64,000 bases of DNA from Eledone cirrhosa. Its lineage: Eukaryota. The stretch covers positions 34,224,001 through 34,288,000 of the forward strand of contig OZ024742.1 of NCBI GenBank assembly GCA_964016885.1, read 5' to 3'. Position 1 is the stretch's first letter, and each line of letters opens with the position of its first letter. Positions 25,530 through 39,064 of the stretch are shown here, piece after piece. Both the position numbers and the translations under genes were made by a program. A model generated the notes under the pieces. The model saw only the letters and a list, made by a program, of their open reading frames with translations, had not been told where the DNA came from and did not search any database.

Positions 25530-27515
25530 GTGTCTAACACACGTGGGCATGCCAACAAAGTCAGAAAACAACACAGTTCTCAATGACTTTCGGAAATATT
25601 TTTTCACACTCAGAGTTGCTGAAGCATGGAACATACTACCTTCATCAGTTGTTAGCTGTCGAGACACTGCATCTTTCAAAACCTCCATGGAACAAACTAC
25701 CTGCATCAGTTGTTAGCTGCCGAGACACTGCATCCTTTAAAACCTCCATGGAACAAACTACCTGCATCAGTTGTTAGCTGTCGAGACACTGCATCCTTTA
25801 AAACCTCCATGGAACAAACTACCTGCATCAGTTGTTAGCTGTCGAGACACTGCATCCTTTAAAACCTCCATGGAACAAACTACCAGCATCAGTTGTTAGT
25901 CGTCGAAACACTGCATCCTTTAAAACCTCCATGGAACAAACTACCTGCATCAGTTGTTAGTTGTCGAAACACTGCATCCTTTAAAACCTCCACGGAACAA
26001 ACTACTTGCATCAGTTGTTAGCTGTCGAGACACTGCATCCTTTAAAACCTCCATGGAACAAACTACCTGCATCAGTTGTTAGTCGTCGAAACACTGCATC
26101 CTTTAAAACCTCCATGGAACAAACTACCTGCATCAGTTGTTAGTCGTCGAAACACTGCATCCTTTAAAACCTCCATGGAACAAACTACCTTCATCAGTTG
26201 TTAGTCGTCGAAACACTGCATCCTTTAAAACCTCCATGGAACAAACTACCTGCATCAGTTGTTAGTCGTCGAAACACTGCATCCTTTAAAACCTCCATGG
26301 AACAAACTACCTTCATCAGTTGTTAGTCGTCGAAACACTGCATCCTTTAAAACCTCCATGGAACAAACTACCTGCATCAGTTGTTAGTCGTCGAAACACT
26401 GCATCCTTTAAAACCTCCATGGAACAAACTACCTGCATCAGTTGTTAGTCGTCGAAACACTGCATCCTTTAAAACCTCCATGGAACAAACTACCTGCATC
26501 AGTTGTTAGCTGTCGAGACACTGCATCCTTTAAAACCTCCATGGAACAAACCACTTGCATCAGTTGTTAGCTGTCGAGACACTGCATCCTTTAAAACCTC
26601 CATGGAACAAACTACTTGCATCAGTTATTAGCTGCCGAGACACTGCATCCTTTAAAACCTCCATGGAACAAACTACCTGCATCAGTTGTTAGCTGTCGAG
26701 ACACTGCATCCTTTAAAACCTCCATGGAACAAACTACCTGCATCAGTTGTTAGCTGTCGAGACACTGCATCCTTTAAAACCTCCATGGAACAAACTACCT
26801 GCATCAGTTGTTAGCTGTCGAGACACTGCATCCTTTAAAACCTCCATGGAACAAACTACTTGCATCAGTTGTTAGCTGTCGAGACACTGCATCCTTTAAA
26901 ACCTCCATGGAACAAACTACTTGCATCAGTTGTTAGCTGTCGAGACACTGCATCCTTTAAAACCTCCATGGAACAAACTACCTGCATAAGTTGTTAGCTG
27001 CCGAGACACTGCATCCTTTAAAACCTCCATGGAACAAACTACCTGCATCAGTTGTTAGTTGTCGAGACACTGCATCCTTTAAAACCTCCATGGAACAAAC
27101 TACCTGCATCAGTTGTTAGCTGCCGAGACACTGCATCCTTTAAAACCTCCATGGAACAAACTACCTGCATCAGTTGTTAGCTGCCGAGACACTGCATCCT
27201 TTAAAACCTCCATGGAACAAACTACCTGCATCAGTTGTTAGCTGCCGAGACACTGCATCCTTTAAAACCTCCATGGAACAAACTACCTGCATCAGTTGTT
27301 AGCTGTCGAGACACTGCATCCTTTAAAACCTCCATGCTTCCTGAGATTCTCCAACACTACACCTAATATTCCCCCTCCATACACACGCACACATGTATAT
27401 CATGACTCATACACTATTCGCTTCCCTGACATTTGTATATTATTCTATGTACTATACATTTACATTTGATTAGTTGTAGTGCACCTGAGCACTGTACACA
27501 ATAATTTCATTATCA
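25530..27515 (+). mobile_element. CR1-like LINE 3' end interrupted by an internal tandem expansion
   Basis: NDFRKYFFTLRVAEAWNILPSSVVSCRDTASFKTSM is the typical CR1-group ORF2 C-terminus (FF..RV...WN.LP..VV.....FK); the ORF end and 3' UTR resume at 27337. Confidence 0.8.
25625..27336 (+). repeat. minisatellite, 28 x 61 bp
   Basis: Unit CATGGAACAAACTACCTGCATCAGTTGTTAGCTGTCGAGACACTGCATCCTTTAAAACCTC; CATG at 25625 and 27333 are 1708 = 28 x 61 bp apart. Confidence 0.95.
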
Positions 27516-27640
27516 TTTTTATTATATATGCGTAGGAATGGCTGTTTGGTTAAAAGTTCGTTGCGCAAACTCGTGCTCCCTTGCATGTCTCCGACTACAG
27601 GCACGAACGGTTATTGGAAACTTCGACACTTCATCGCATA

Positions 27641-27711
<71 letters not shown>

Positions 27712-27727
27712 GTGCGTGTGTGTGTGC

Positions 27728-27759
<32 letters not shown>

Positions 27760-27799
27760 ATGTATATATATATACATATATATATCGGGGTGGGTGTGA

Positions 27800-27960
27800 T
27801 TATGTCCAGTAACCTAGTGGTACTACAAAAAGAAATACCAGACTTGAAGGAATAAAACTGGGCTCAATATGATCGAAAAAAACCCTCCAAAACTCCCATT
27901 AAAACGGTGCCCTAGCATGGCCGCAGCCTAGTGACTGATGCCTGTAAAAGAGTAAAAAGA
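27800..27960 (+). mobile_element. SINE 3' fragment sharing its tail with the LINE at 33500-35033
   Basis: CGGTGCCCTAGCATGGCCGCAGCC...GTAAAAGAGTAAAA vs CGGTGCCCCAGCATGGCCTCAGCC...GTAAAAGAGTAAAAGAG. Confidence 0.65.
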
Positions 27961-28116
27961 AGGTAGGAAAACAAGATGAGAGGGTTACAACTAGAAAGCC
28001 TTTGGATCATAAGGTTTGATCAGTTGAAGCTTATACAGAGCTACATAACGTGACAACGTGCGAACATCTACGCTGTCAATGGAGGTGCTAGAAATAATAG
28101 CTAACTCTAAAATAAT

Positions 28117-28333
28117 GGTTTCTTATATAAGCACAAGGCCAGCAATTTTGGGGGAGGGGAAAGTCGATTAAATGTACCCCAGTGTGTGACTGGTACTTTC
28201 TTTTATCGACCCCCGTAAGGATGAAAGGCAAAGTTAACCACGGCGGGATTTGAACTAAGATCATAAAGGGCCGTAACTCTATGCTGCAAAGCATGGCGTC
28301 GGACCCAATACTGATTCTGTCAATCCACCGCCC
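28117..28333 (-). mobile_element. SINE family A, longer subfamily
   Basis: 19-bp TSD TAGCTAACTCTAAAATAAT at 28098-28116 and 28334-28352. Confidence 0.88.
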
Positions 28334-29084
28334 TAGCTAACTCTAAAATAATAGAAACAAAAATGATACTGTATAATGTAGTACTGTGTACAACGGTTAG
28401 AAAAAGGTGAAAAAAATCATATTGATACCAGCTGTTACGCCTTAGATCTTCGATCTGTTGAATGAGGAATGACCTCGCGTCAAACATAGACAACAATAAG
28501 AAAGACAACAACAATGCCATCTTACAGATATAAAATTTAATTAATCCCATGTACATTAAAAGAACATAAAATCAAATAAATTAGTACAAATTCTACCAAT
28601 CAAAATTAAAAGAAAAGTAGGCGACTAATTACATCAGAGTTGTCTCGTACTACTCCACATTCATATTAAAATCAATTTTTTTCCTAAGCCAATATGACGA
28701 ACAATAATAATAAAAATATACTTTTTAAAAGATGTAAGAACGCTAGGCAGGTGTTAAAAACAGATCAATGGTAATTTAACAATAGGTTTTTTTAAAAAAA
28801 AAAGTAAGTTACGATTAAAAAATAATTTTACCAATTAAACTGTACCGAGAAATTTTAACATGATTTTCAACTTACTTATCTCTACATTTAGAAAATCTGA
28901 GATTTTTCTTGGAGAATATTATCGAAAAATGATTTATAATCGATAGAAAACAATTAAATGTAATTATTATTCTGCTTGTTACAAGGTGCAGGATATGAGA
29001 AATTTAAAAGTAATTAACTTACTTTCATGTAAATATATTTAGAAATGTTTACTAAAAAATACAGGAATACACACACACACACAC

Positions 29085-29152
<68 letters not shown>

Positions 29153-29162
29153 AACCAGCAAG

Positions 29163-29256
29163 ACCCCGACAGCTGAGCTCAAGCCGTTTCGACGGCTAAT
29201 TCTGGACTAAATGAACATTTATCCTGGTATTTAAATAGCCGATCTTCTCAAGGGGT
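29163..29256 (-). ncRNA. type-I hammerhead with U3-A8 core and full stem III
   Basis: Reverse complement ACCCC-TTGAGAA-GA(T)CGGCTA...TAGCCGTC-GAAA-CGGCT-TGAGCTC-AGCTG-TC-GGGGT. Confidence 0.75.
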
Positions 29257-29653
29257 AATTCCATATATGGTCAAAGTGATTGTCAAAAATCAGTAGTAAT
29301 TCTGTGGTTGCAAATTAGTAGGGGAGATGGTGGCTAAACCTGCCAGTAGGAGAAAGAGGGGAGGGGGTGGAGTAGACCCAATCAAGCGTTGGTAGTGCCA
29401 GCTACAGCTGGGCATGAGGTCAAAGAAGATACAGGGGAGGGGGAGGGGGAGGAAGTCGGAACGGTAGGTAGAACAATGGGGGGTAGAAATATATAGGAAA
29501 GAAAAAATACTGAGAGTGAAGAAAAGCAAATAAGTGTAAAGAAAAAAGTAAAGTAAATTAAATTCTACGACCTAGGTCTCTAGCTATTGTTAGGCTAGAA
29601 TAAATAAATAAAGAAAGAAAGAAAGAAGTAAAGAAATAAATAAAGAAATAACG

Positions 29654-29731
<78 letters not shown>

Positions 29732-30484
29732 GTACATAAGTTAAGGAAACACGAAATGAACAAACAAGAGGATGCAATAATATGACGTGTATTAGTTTCA
29801 CGCTAGGAGGAAGAAGAATGAGTTACATATTAAATGTATCGGGCATTTGTCCTTCATCGGGAATAACATAAAAGGGAAATAGCTAAGAAAATAACGTAAA
29901 AGAATGAAATATACAAAAAAACAAACACACAAATAAAAGGTTGTTAAAATAGAGTTAGAAAGAAAAAATAATAATAAAAATATAAAAAGGAGAGTTGGGG
30001 AGTGGTCTGTATCCTGATGGGGCGGAGTGGTGTGTCAGACGTGTAGTGGGTGGGTAAGTGTAAGTGGGGTTCATATTATGCTGCGTTTGCGCGAGTGTGA
30101 GTGTTAACTGCGTTGATGGTTGAAGTATGCGTTCCGACATATATGTGAGCGTGTGCATGCTGGTATGTGTGGTTGTTGGTGTGTATTGCGTGTTTGTATA
30201 TATACGTGTATGTATGTGTACGTGTGCGTATGTGTTTGTGTAAATACTGGGGTGGGATTAAGAGTCTAGACAGCCCTGAGTTGGGCAGAATCTAGGTAGG
30301 TTCCGAGTTGATAAAAGTAGGTTCAAGGTTAGTAAAGGTGGGTCCAACGTTGTTAAGTCAAAAGTCAAGGAGGCCATATATATGTATGTATGTATATATA
30401 TATATATATTAAAATAACAGATTAAAGTTTAAGCAAAGAGGAGTCGAGCCCTCTTTGGATTTTAGTCTTCAAATTTATTATTAT

Positions 30485-30556
<72 letters not shown>

Positions 30557-30574
30557 GTACTTCAAGTTATGATA

Positions 30575-30860
30575 AAGTCACTGCAGTGTTAGATGCAGTT
30601 AAGTCTGAGTCATATATCCTGATGGGAAACTTCAATGCACTTGTTGGCTCTGACCACCTGACATGGTAAGTAGTTATTGGTAGGATCGGCCATCTCAATC
30701 TAAATACAAATGGGGAGGCCTCTAGCAATACACTCTCTATTTTGAACAGCTTCTTCCAGCACAGAGGCATCCATACATATACATGGTATAAGGAGAAGCA
30801 GGGATAGAGATCAAGTTCGTGTTAAAAGAGAGGCTGAGCTGTCAACTGATCACCATCTAG
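30575..30860 (+). pseudogene. RTE-clade LINE APE endonuclease remnant
   Basis: YILMGNFNALVGSD (GDFNA motif), NTNG, LNSFFQHRGIHTYTWY, STDHHL (SDH motif); contains a stop and deletions. Confidence 0.75.
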
Positions 30861-31125
30861 GTATCTGCATCTTGAAATTACTTAAACCAAAGACGCTCAA
30901 ATACTGCTGGATAAAGAAACTGAATTTATAAAAAAAACATTCCATGGGGCACAGAAGTACTGATGGAATTGTAGGGACACTGTCTTTTAAGTCTGGAGCA
31001 GTCTAGCCCTGGATAGGTCTGAACATTTCTCTGAGAAAAAGATAGGGCTAGAGAATGCACAATCGGAACAATTCGAGGCTTTAAGAAGTACAAACCGAGC
31101 CTCTATAGATCACGACTGATATTCA

Positions 31126-31364
31126 AGGCGCATGGCTTAGTGGTTAGAGCATTGGGCTTGAATTAAAAGGTTGTGAGTTCAATTCTCGGACCGGGTGATG
31201 TGTTGTTTCCTTGAGCAAGACACTTTATTTCACATTGCTCCAGTTTACTCAGCTGTAGAAATGAGATGATAGGACTGGGGGCCCTATCATTAAATTACCC
31301 AAGACACCTCCAACGAGATATACCTTGGAGGAGGCCAACTAAACCTGCATAGGTGTGAGCTGTC
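31126..31364 (+). mobile_element. SINE family B with (CA)n tail
   Basis: AGGCGCATGGCTTAGTGGTTAGAGC head, GAGTTCAATTC B-box, conserved core. Confidence 0.85.
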
Positions 31365-31773
31365 ACACACACACACACACACACGACTGATATTTAGATG
31401 GTGCGGCGTATTGAAATGGAAAATAGAGAAGGAATAAATGATTTTTTTTATCTCTACCCTGTACCCTGTCGTGCAGAGAACAACTTAAGAACGATTGCGT
31501 GTCTAAAACAACTAAGAAAAACATTGCATTCGGCAAAACGTTGTACGGAGTTAGCAACTTTTTGACCTATAGTTTTCCATCCTATTTTTTTTTTTTTTAG
31601 CGGGGGGACTAATTTTATACAGGGAGTTTTGCCTTTAACTCGTGCGCACATACATACACATCATACTCACATACACACATATATATATATATGTTTGCGT
31701 GTGTGTATGTGCGCGCGTAAATATATGTATATGTAGACATATCTACAAACACACACATACACACACACATACA

Positions 31774-31877
<104 letters not shown>

Positions 31878-32638
31878 CTTATGTGTCTCTGTATGCACGT
31901 ATGGTTGTGTATCCTTTGGTGTGTCAGATTTTGAAGCGCATCTTTGATTGTGTGCAGGTGCCGTTAACGTATTTATAAGCTACTGGGCTACACACACAAG
32001 TACTCTATCACTGAATTCTTTTGTAGATTCTAGAGAAAGAGCTAGAAGGGAATGTTTCCTCCATACATCTATCTATACGCCAACACCAAACACCTCCACT
32101 TCCGCCACCATTATACAGATGAGTTTATTTTGAGATCTATTTTTCTAACGTCTAGAAGCCATTCAATAAACTATTTAAATCTTATTATTCCTTTCACATG
32201 AATTATTAAAGCTGGAATATTTTGGTTTCGCTTACAGTTTTGTTTAAGAATTTAAATTGGTTGTCAGTTATTGTTCTGTTCTCTTTCCTTTCCCATGTGT
32301 ATTTCGATGTATTTAGCACGTCCAATACATGTAGCTTTCTACACATGCATTAAGGTGTGCATCGCGTACACAGATACTCATGTGTGAGCACACATACACA
32401 TAGATAGACAAAGATATACCGATAAAAGCATTGACACGTGAATGGAAACGCATATTGATACATAAGTACACACTCAGACACAGACACACACAGCCACACA
32501 CACACACACATACACACACCTATACACATATAGTTCCATTTATATATACACAAATGTGTGTATATGTATGAATGCTTGTATGTATACACATACAGATATA
32601 TACGTATATACATTTATATGTACATGTATATATATATA

Positions 32639-32728
<90 letters not shown>

Positions 32729-32816
32729 TATTTATATATATTTATATATATATATCGTTTCTGAATTTGTAGGATAGAAGAAAGGAAAGGCACAGAAACA
32801 AAGAAAGGAATCCCCA

Positions 32817-32859
32817 GTCACTGAAGAGGTCACAGAGTGTGTGACGAAAGGACTATGCC
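32817..32859 (+). ncRNA. hammerhead motif in TA-embedded element 32756-33024
   Basis: GTCA-CTGAAGA-G-GTCACA-GAGTG-TGTGAC-GAAA-GGAC-TA-TGCC; homologous to 63803-63845. Confidence 0.7.
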
Positions 32860-33053
32860 TATATATAAACAACTATCTGGTTGTGGAACCAACCAACCAA
32901 CCAGAAATTTATAGGTTTGTAAATTTGTAAATTTATAAATTTATAAATATATAATAAATTGAAGTGAAAGCAACTGGTGCGTGTGTTTCTTATTGGCAAC
33001 ATGACCCTCCCAAAGTATAACAATATATATATATATTTATATATATATTTATT

Positions 33054-33109
<56 letters not shown>

Positions 33110-33128
33110 CATATATATATATATTTAC

Positions 33129-33160
<32 letters not shown>

Positions 33161-33171
33161 CTATATATATT

Positions 33172-33432
<261 letters not shown>

Positions 33433-33499
33433 TATTTATATACATATATATATTTATATATTTATATATATATATTTATATATATATATATATTTATAT

Positions 33500-35032
33500 T
33501 CAGGGAGCTGAAAGAAGGCACAATATGCCCTATCCATAAAGGAGGTAGTAGAGCGGAGGCCAAGAACTATAGGCCAGTCTCCCTGACGTCGCATATCAGT
33601 AAGGTCATAGAGCGAGTTGTCAGAAAGAAACTAATCACTTTCCTCGAAGAAAATGACCGCCTGACTAGCACGCAACATGGCTTCCGCCCAGGAAGAAGCT
33701 GCCTTACACAGCTGCTACATCACTACGACTGGGTACTGAGACAACTACTAGACAGCTCACATGTGGACGTGATATATCTTGACTTTGCGAAGGCCTTTGA
33801 CAAGGTCGACCACGGAATGATATGTCACAAACTACACGGACTCGGCATAACTGGAAAAGTAGGTGAGTGGCTGCATGGCTTCCTAAGGGACAGAAGCCAG
33901 GCAGTCGCAGCAAATGGGGCCCTCTCGAGGGAAACACCGAGGGAAACAGTGGGGTGCCCCAGGGGACAGTCCTGGGACCACTACTGTTTTTGGTGGCTCT
34001 CTCGGACATGCCCTCTGTGGTGCATGCAACAACATCCCTCACTAGCTATGCTGATGACACTAAGGTAGCACAGGAAATCAAAAACCCGGCTGACGCTGCC
34101 CTTTTACAGCAGGATCTGGATGCCATATAAAGATGGGCGGAAGAAAATAACATGCAGTTTAATGCTGGCAAATTCCAAGCCCTACAATACAAACCTGCAA
34201 ACACAAATATAGTGGAACACAGCTACACAGGACCAGGAGGGACCGATATCCCCGTGTCAAAATCGATACGAGACCTGGGCATAGACATGAGCAATGATGC
34301 ATCTTTTTCTTCACACATCATGAAAGTGGCGACAATGTGCAGACGACTCGCTGGCTGGATTTTGAGGACTTTCCGGACAAGAGATCGAGACACCGTGTTG
34401 ACACTGTGGAGGACTTTTATCCTAAGCCGCCTGGACTACTGCTCCCAGTTGTGGTCACCCCATAGTGTCAAACTAACCACGGAGCTTGAGGCAATCCAGC
34501 GAAGCTACACCAAGAGGATTGCCAAGATGAGGGTGACAAGCTACTGGGAGAGGCTGAAGGAACTGAACCTCTACTCCTTGGAGCGAAGACGGGAGAGATA
34601 CGCAGTGATCTACATGTGGAAAATCCTGGAGGGACTAGCACCAAACTTTGGCATTGGGAGCTGGACCAACCATCGAACAGGACATCACTGTGTGGTGCCA
34701 AAGGTCCCGTCTTCCACATCTAGAATAAGGAGCAGGTATTGCAATAGCCTGGGATTCAAGGGCCCTCAACTCTTCAACAGGCTGCCGAGGCATCTGAGAG
34801 ACTTGCATGACGTGGAGGTGGATGTCTTTAATAAACATCTCGACACCTTGTTATCCAGGATCCCGGATGAGCCCACAGCAAGACACGAGGGAAACCTAAG
34901 TGCAGCAGCAACAAACTCCCTCTTACACCAGTGGCCAACCTATACAGGCTGGAGATAAAATGTGTAGCAACAAGGGCGGTGCCCCAGCATGGCCTCAGCC
35001 GGATGGCTGAAACAGGTAAAAGAGTAAAAGAG

Positions 35033-35033
<1 letters not shown>
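33500..35033 (+). mobile_element. 5'-truncated CR1-group LINE (RT pseudogene, coding to 34958)
   Basis: PIHKGG...NYRPVSLTS, QHGFRPGRSC, YLDFAKAFD, SGVPQG, YADD, DYCSQLWSP; one frameshift near 33940 and TAA at 34128; tail (GTAAAAGA)n. Confidence 0.92.
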
Positions 35034-35069
<36 letters not shown>

Positions 35070-35071
35070 AT

Positions 35072-35225
35072 TTAATACAATAACAGAGATAGTTTAAAGC
35101 TAAACTCTGACTGGTAACCATCTCACTCAACAAACATTAGGTTATATTTAAATATAAACCCAATTTAATTGTGTGGGGTGCTAACAATATGTATAATGTG
35201 GAAAAACCAGTTGCATTATTTTATG
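35072..35225 (-). repeat. TA-anchored repeat, same family as palindrome 53091-53325
   Basis: TTTAATACA.TAACAGAG...TCTCACTCAACAAACATTAGG...GGGGTGCTAAC...CCAGTTG shared by both loci. Confidence 0.7.
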
Positions 35226-35923
35226 AGATATAATTAAAGTTAAAGTATATCTCTCTTTCCAAACAATTGTTTCATTATAAGTTTTCTACAAGTTGGGAGA
35301 ATATTTCCAGTTTATGTAGAAGCCTTATATATATTCATGTAAAAATATATTTAGGTGGTCGTTTATAAATCATCAGTGGAAGCCCATTAAACTTTGATAT
35401 AAGAAAGAAATTCTTACCGCAGTCAAAAATCGTGTCTGTTAAGTTGCTCCTTCTCGCCTCGAATGACCGCCAAATTTGAAATTCCAGCAGTTTTTGACTG
35501 ATGAAGTATCATAGCGACACGAAGCGGGAAGGGGAGACAACTACGATCCACGAAAGGAGGAAAAAAATAATATACACGCGGGTTAATTAGTCTTTTCGAA
35601 AACATTATCAATCCAACGTGTTAAGAACTCAATTGAAAATAAAAAAAATAAATATATGCGTGTATAAATTACACACGCATATAGATATTTTCTTAGGCTA
35701 AAATCAGAAGTTGTACCCGAATAAGAATCGCATCTCATAACCGCAGTAAATACAGAAAGTTATGCTTTAAAGGGCAAATGGGAATGTAAATCTCCGGCCG
35801 AATTGAGAGTAAAATATAAAACACACGCGGGTTAATTAGTTATTTCAAAACTAATATTAATTCCTCGTGTAAAGAACTCAATTAATTAAAGAAAATAAAT
35901 GTATGCATGTAATTATATACATA

Positions 35924-36118
<195 letters not shown>

Positions 36119-36315
36119 AGAAACGATTCAGGACTCCGACGGCTGAGCTCCGGCCGTTTCGACAGCTAGATCGGAAGTTCGGATCTAGCTGTCGAAACAG
36201 CCGGAGATCAGTCGTCGAGGTCCTGAATCTTTTCATATTACCTACTCTACAACCCCGAGTATCGCGTACTCTGGTGCCTTATGGCTCACCTGGTATCTTA
36301 CCACACCCTCTTTGT

Positions 36316-36316
<1 letters not shown>
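36119..36316. mobile_element. asymmetric palindrome, diverged member of the 18555/29151 family
   Basis: Arms around GATCGGAAGTTCGGATC; tail on the right is the reverse complement of the 18555/33315 tails. Confidence 0.7.
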
Positions 36317-36366
<50 letters not shown>

Positions 36367-36946
36367 TTCGGTGTATATACGTATATGTATGTGGCCGAAA
36401 CGGGTTTAATTTTCGAAATCTGCGTCACAAGGGGAAGGTTTTGGGGACACATGGAAAATAAAAGAAATGAAAAACATAAACTAGAACTTTTATCATTTCT
36501 ACACATGTAAATATCCAGGAATGGGTGTGAAAAGGTGACAGATAACCAATCAGATTAGTGAATGGATCTCAATGACACATTTGTCATCGTCCGTTTAAAA
36601 GCTCTTTTCTTCTGGTGTTTTTCGCTTTCGTATTGTTAATGTGTATATGACTTTTCGTCGCAGCGTAATTTAGTGGTTGAGGTATTTGTCTCACGATCGT
36701 AAGGTTGTGATATCGATTCCTGGCGGCCCGTTGTGTCCTTCAACAAGACACTATACTTTACGTTGCTCCAATCCACTTTCTATAGAAACCTCATTGGGGG
36801 CAATTGATGATTTATGGGGACAGCCCATGGGGAATAATTAACGGAAGATGAGACGCGGGGGAGACATGATCAAAGATGGAATACAAATTTGAAAGAAAGG
36901 TATTCTATGGTGGAAATTGCCCGGCAACGATGGATTACTCTACAAG

Positions 36947-37027
<81 letters not shown>

Positions 37028-37477
37028 TAGTGTGTGTGTATACATAGAGAGAGAGGGAAAGAGGGGGGGGGGAGTGAATAATTGGTCTTTCCAATTGCTA
37101 ATACTATCTATCAGTCGCAACTCCAAGTAGAAGGAGCAACGTGAAATAAAGTATCTTGCTGAAGGACATAACACATCGCCCGGTCTAGGAATCAAAATGA
37201 CAACCTCACGATTGCGAATCCAATTCTCTAACCAATCAGCCACACACCAGAGTAGAATAATCCACTACTATTTTGGTAAGGTGCGCGTCAAAAACGCTGC
37301 GATATTAAAGTGGACAGCATGCAGGAAACCAAGTCAAAGGCCTACTCTACAATACTTGTAGATGAAGACAGTGAAAGCCGCAGAGCACACATTAATGCAA
37401 AAGGAAAACCAAGGTGCTATATCTACACCTACAGTCCCCAAAGTAGATATTGGGTGTGTTCTGTGTGTGGAGGTGGT

Positions 37478-37575
<98 letters not shown>

Positions 37576-38151
37576 GAGAGAGAAAGTGTCACGTATAAAA
37601 TGTAGTGTTCTATATATCCAATCTATTGCGTCTGTCTTTGGGAAATGTTGAAAGTCTGGAAATAATAGTTGTTCTGTCAGACACTATATATAGCGTTAAA
37701 CTAATATTTCATTGTACTGTGTTGTTTGCTTTTTTATTTCTATTTACATTTTACACCCTTCTCCCTATTGAAATAGGTGGTGTGACGATAGTTACAAAAG
37801 ACTACAATAAAACTAAGGGTTTTAGTTGTTCGCCAATATTTTTAAGAGACAACGTGTTTTCTAGCCAAGTTATATGATGTGGCACGATTTGTAGGTTTCT
37901 ATGGAGGTCGTGGATAAACTTTTAAAGCATGGTCGGACGGTTATACAAAGAGAGATTTCTGATACGGCGTTTCGTAGGTGCCTTAGCACTAATAAGGACA
38001 TTTTTGGAACATTTTGCGTTATTTCTAGTTTGCAGATGAGAGGCATAGGACTTTGAAATTTAACTTAATAGACTATCCGGGAGCTTCCAACAGAAATGGT
38101 CGCATTCTTTAAGGGTATGTCAATATTTATTTATAAAACTTCTCTATATTA

Positions 38152-38216
38152 TATTTTATCTGATGAAAGCACACCATAATTTAACTTGGTGTCCTTGAAA
38201 TATGTATAATGAAATA
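38152..38216 (+). ncRNA. type-I hammerhead (element ~38090-38349, family of 56080-56702)
   Basis: TATTTTAT-CTGATGA-AAGCACACCA...TGGTGTCCTT-GAAA-TATGTA-TA-ATGAAATA. Confidence 0.8.
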
Positions 38217-38399
38217 AATATGGTTTTATAAATATAGTTTCCATTTGTTAATATATCGTATTTTTATTCCAATAATTTGTTGAGTGCTTTATATCAGTTA
38301 TAAAAATATTTGCTTGTTGTATCCCAACAATTTAAATAGAACTTCTACATATATACAGATATATATATAGTTTCGTTGACAAGTATATCAATGTGCCCA

Positions 38400-38446
38400 A
38401 GCACTGATGATTCCTGCCATAGGGTATGGATGAAACACTGTTAGCT
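38400..38446 (+). ncRNA. hammerhead-like motif in a 125-bp TA-flanked fragment
   Basis: AGCA-CTGATGA-TTCCTGCC-ATAG-GGTATGGAT-GAAA-CACTG-TT-AGCT; stem I has a mismatch. Confidence 0.55.
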
Positions 38447-38512
38447 AATAAAACAATGTATTTCATAGCACTCTTTGGTTATTCCTAAAATGATATATAT
38501 ATATATATATAT

Positions 38513-38897
38513 ACATACTTACATTTAAGTAAGTGCCATACTAAGAGTGAGAAATGAAATTTCGTTTTCATTTTTTTCAACTTATCGTTTTCGGTATGCC
38601 TGACCGATTTAACTCACTCAATATGCAAATTAGGCTGCTCAGCCGTTAATTTTCATAAGGAAAGTATATACTTTCGAACGTTCAACTATCTGGCAGATGG
38701 GTAAACGGTGCTGATGATAGCTAACAAGCTTGAAACTAGTACATCGTTCCTGTGTCAGTGTTGAACAAAAAGGTGACGTGGTTGCCTTAACACCGTATGG
38801 CATAAATTCAGGCTTTTCAGTTTGTTGACAAACGAACAAAGCGGCGTTATAATAAGCGTCCGCTAAACTGATGCGTGCATATATGTATGTGTACCTG

Positions 38898-38951
<54 letters not shown>

Positions 38952-39064
38952 CATGCTACTGTACGTCTGTATACATATATGTATGTACGTATACATACAT
39001 ACTTACATTTAAGTAAGTGCCATGCTAAGAGTGAGAAATGAAATTTAGTTTTCATTTTTTTCAA

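Noticed and set aside
25625-27336. Regular array resembling CRISPR
   Set aside because: Units are contiguous with no unique spacers, derive from a LINE ORF end, and the context is eukaryotic with no cas genes
29828-29868. Minus-strand CCGATGA-AGGAC-AAAT-GCCC-GATA, like the 3763 motif
   Set aside because: Both core halves are mutated; probably a dead relative but not supportable as a ribozyme
35108-35382. Possible HHR with ~250-nt stem II (core CTGATGA on minus at 35370-35376)
   Set aside because: The GAAA half is not conserved in either copy and I could not establish the pairing by eye
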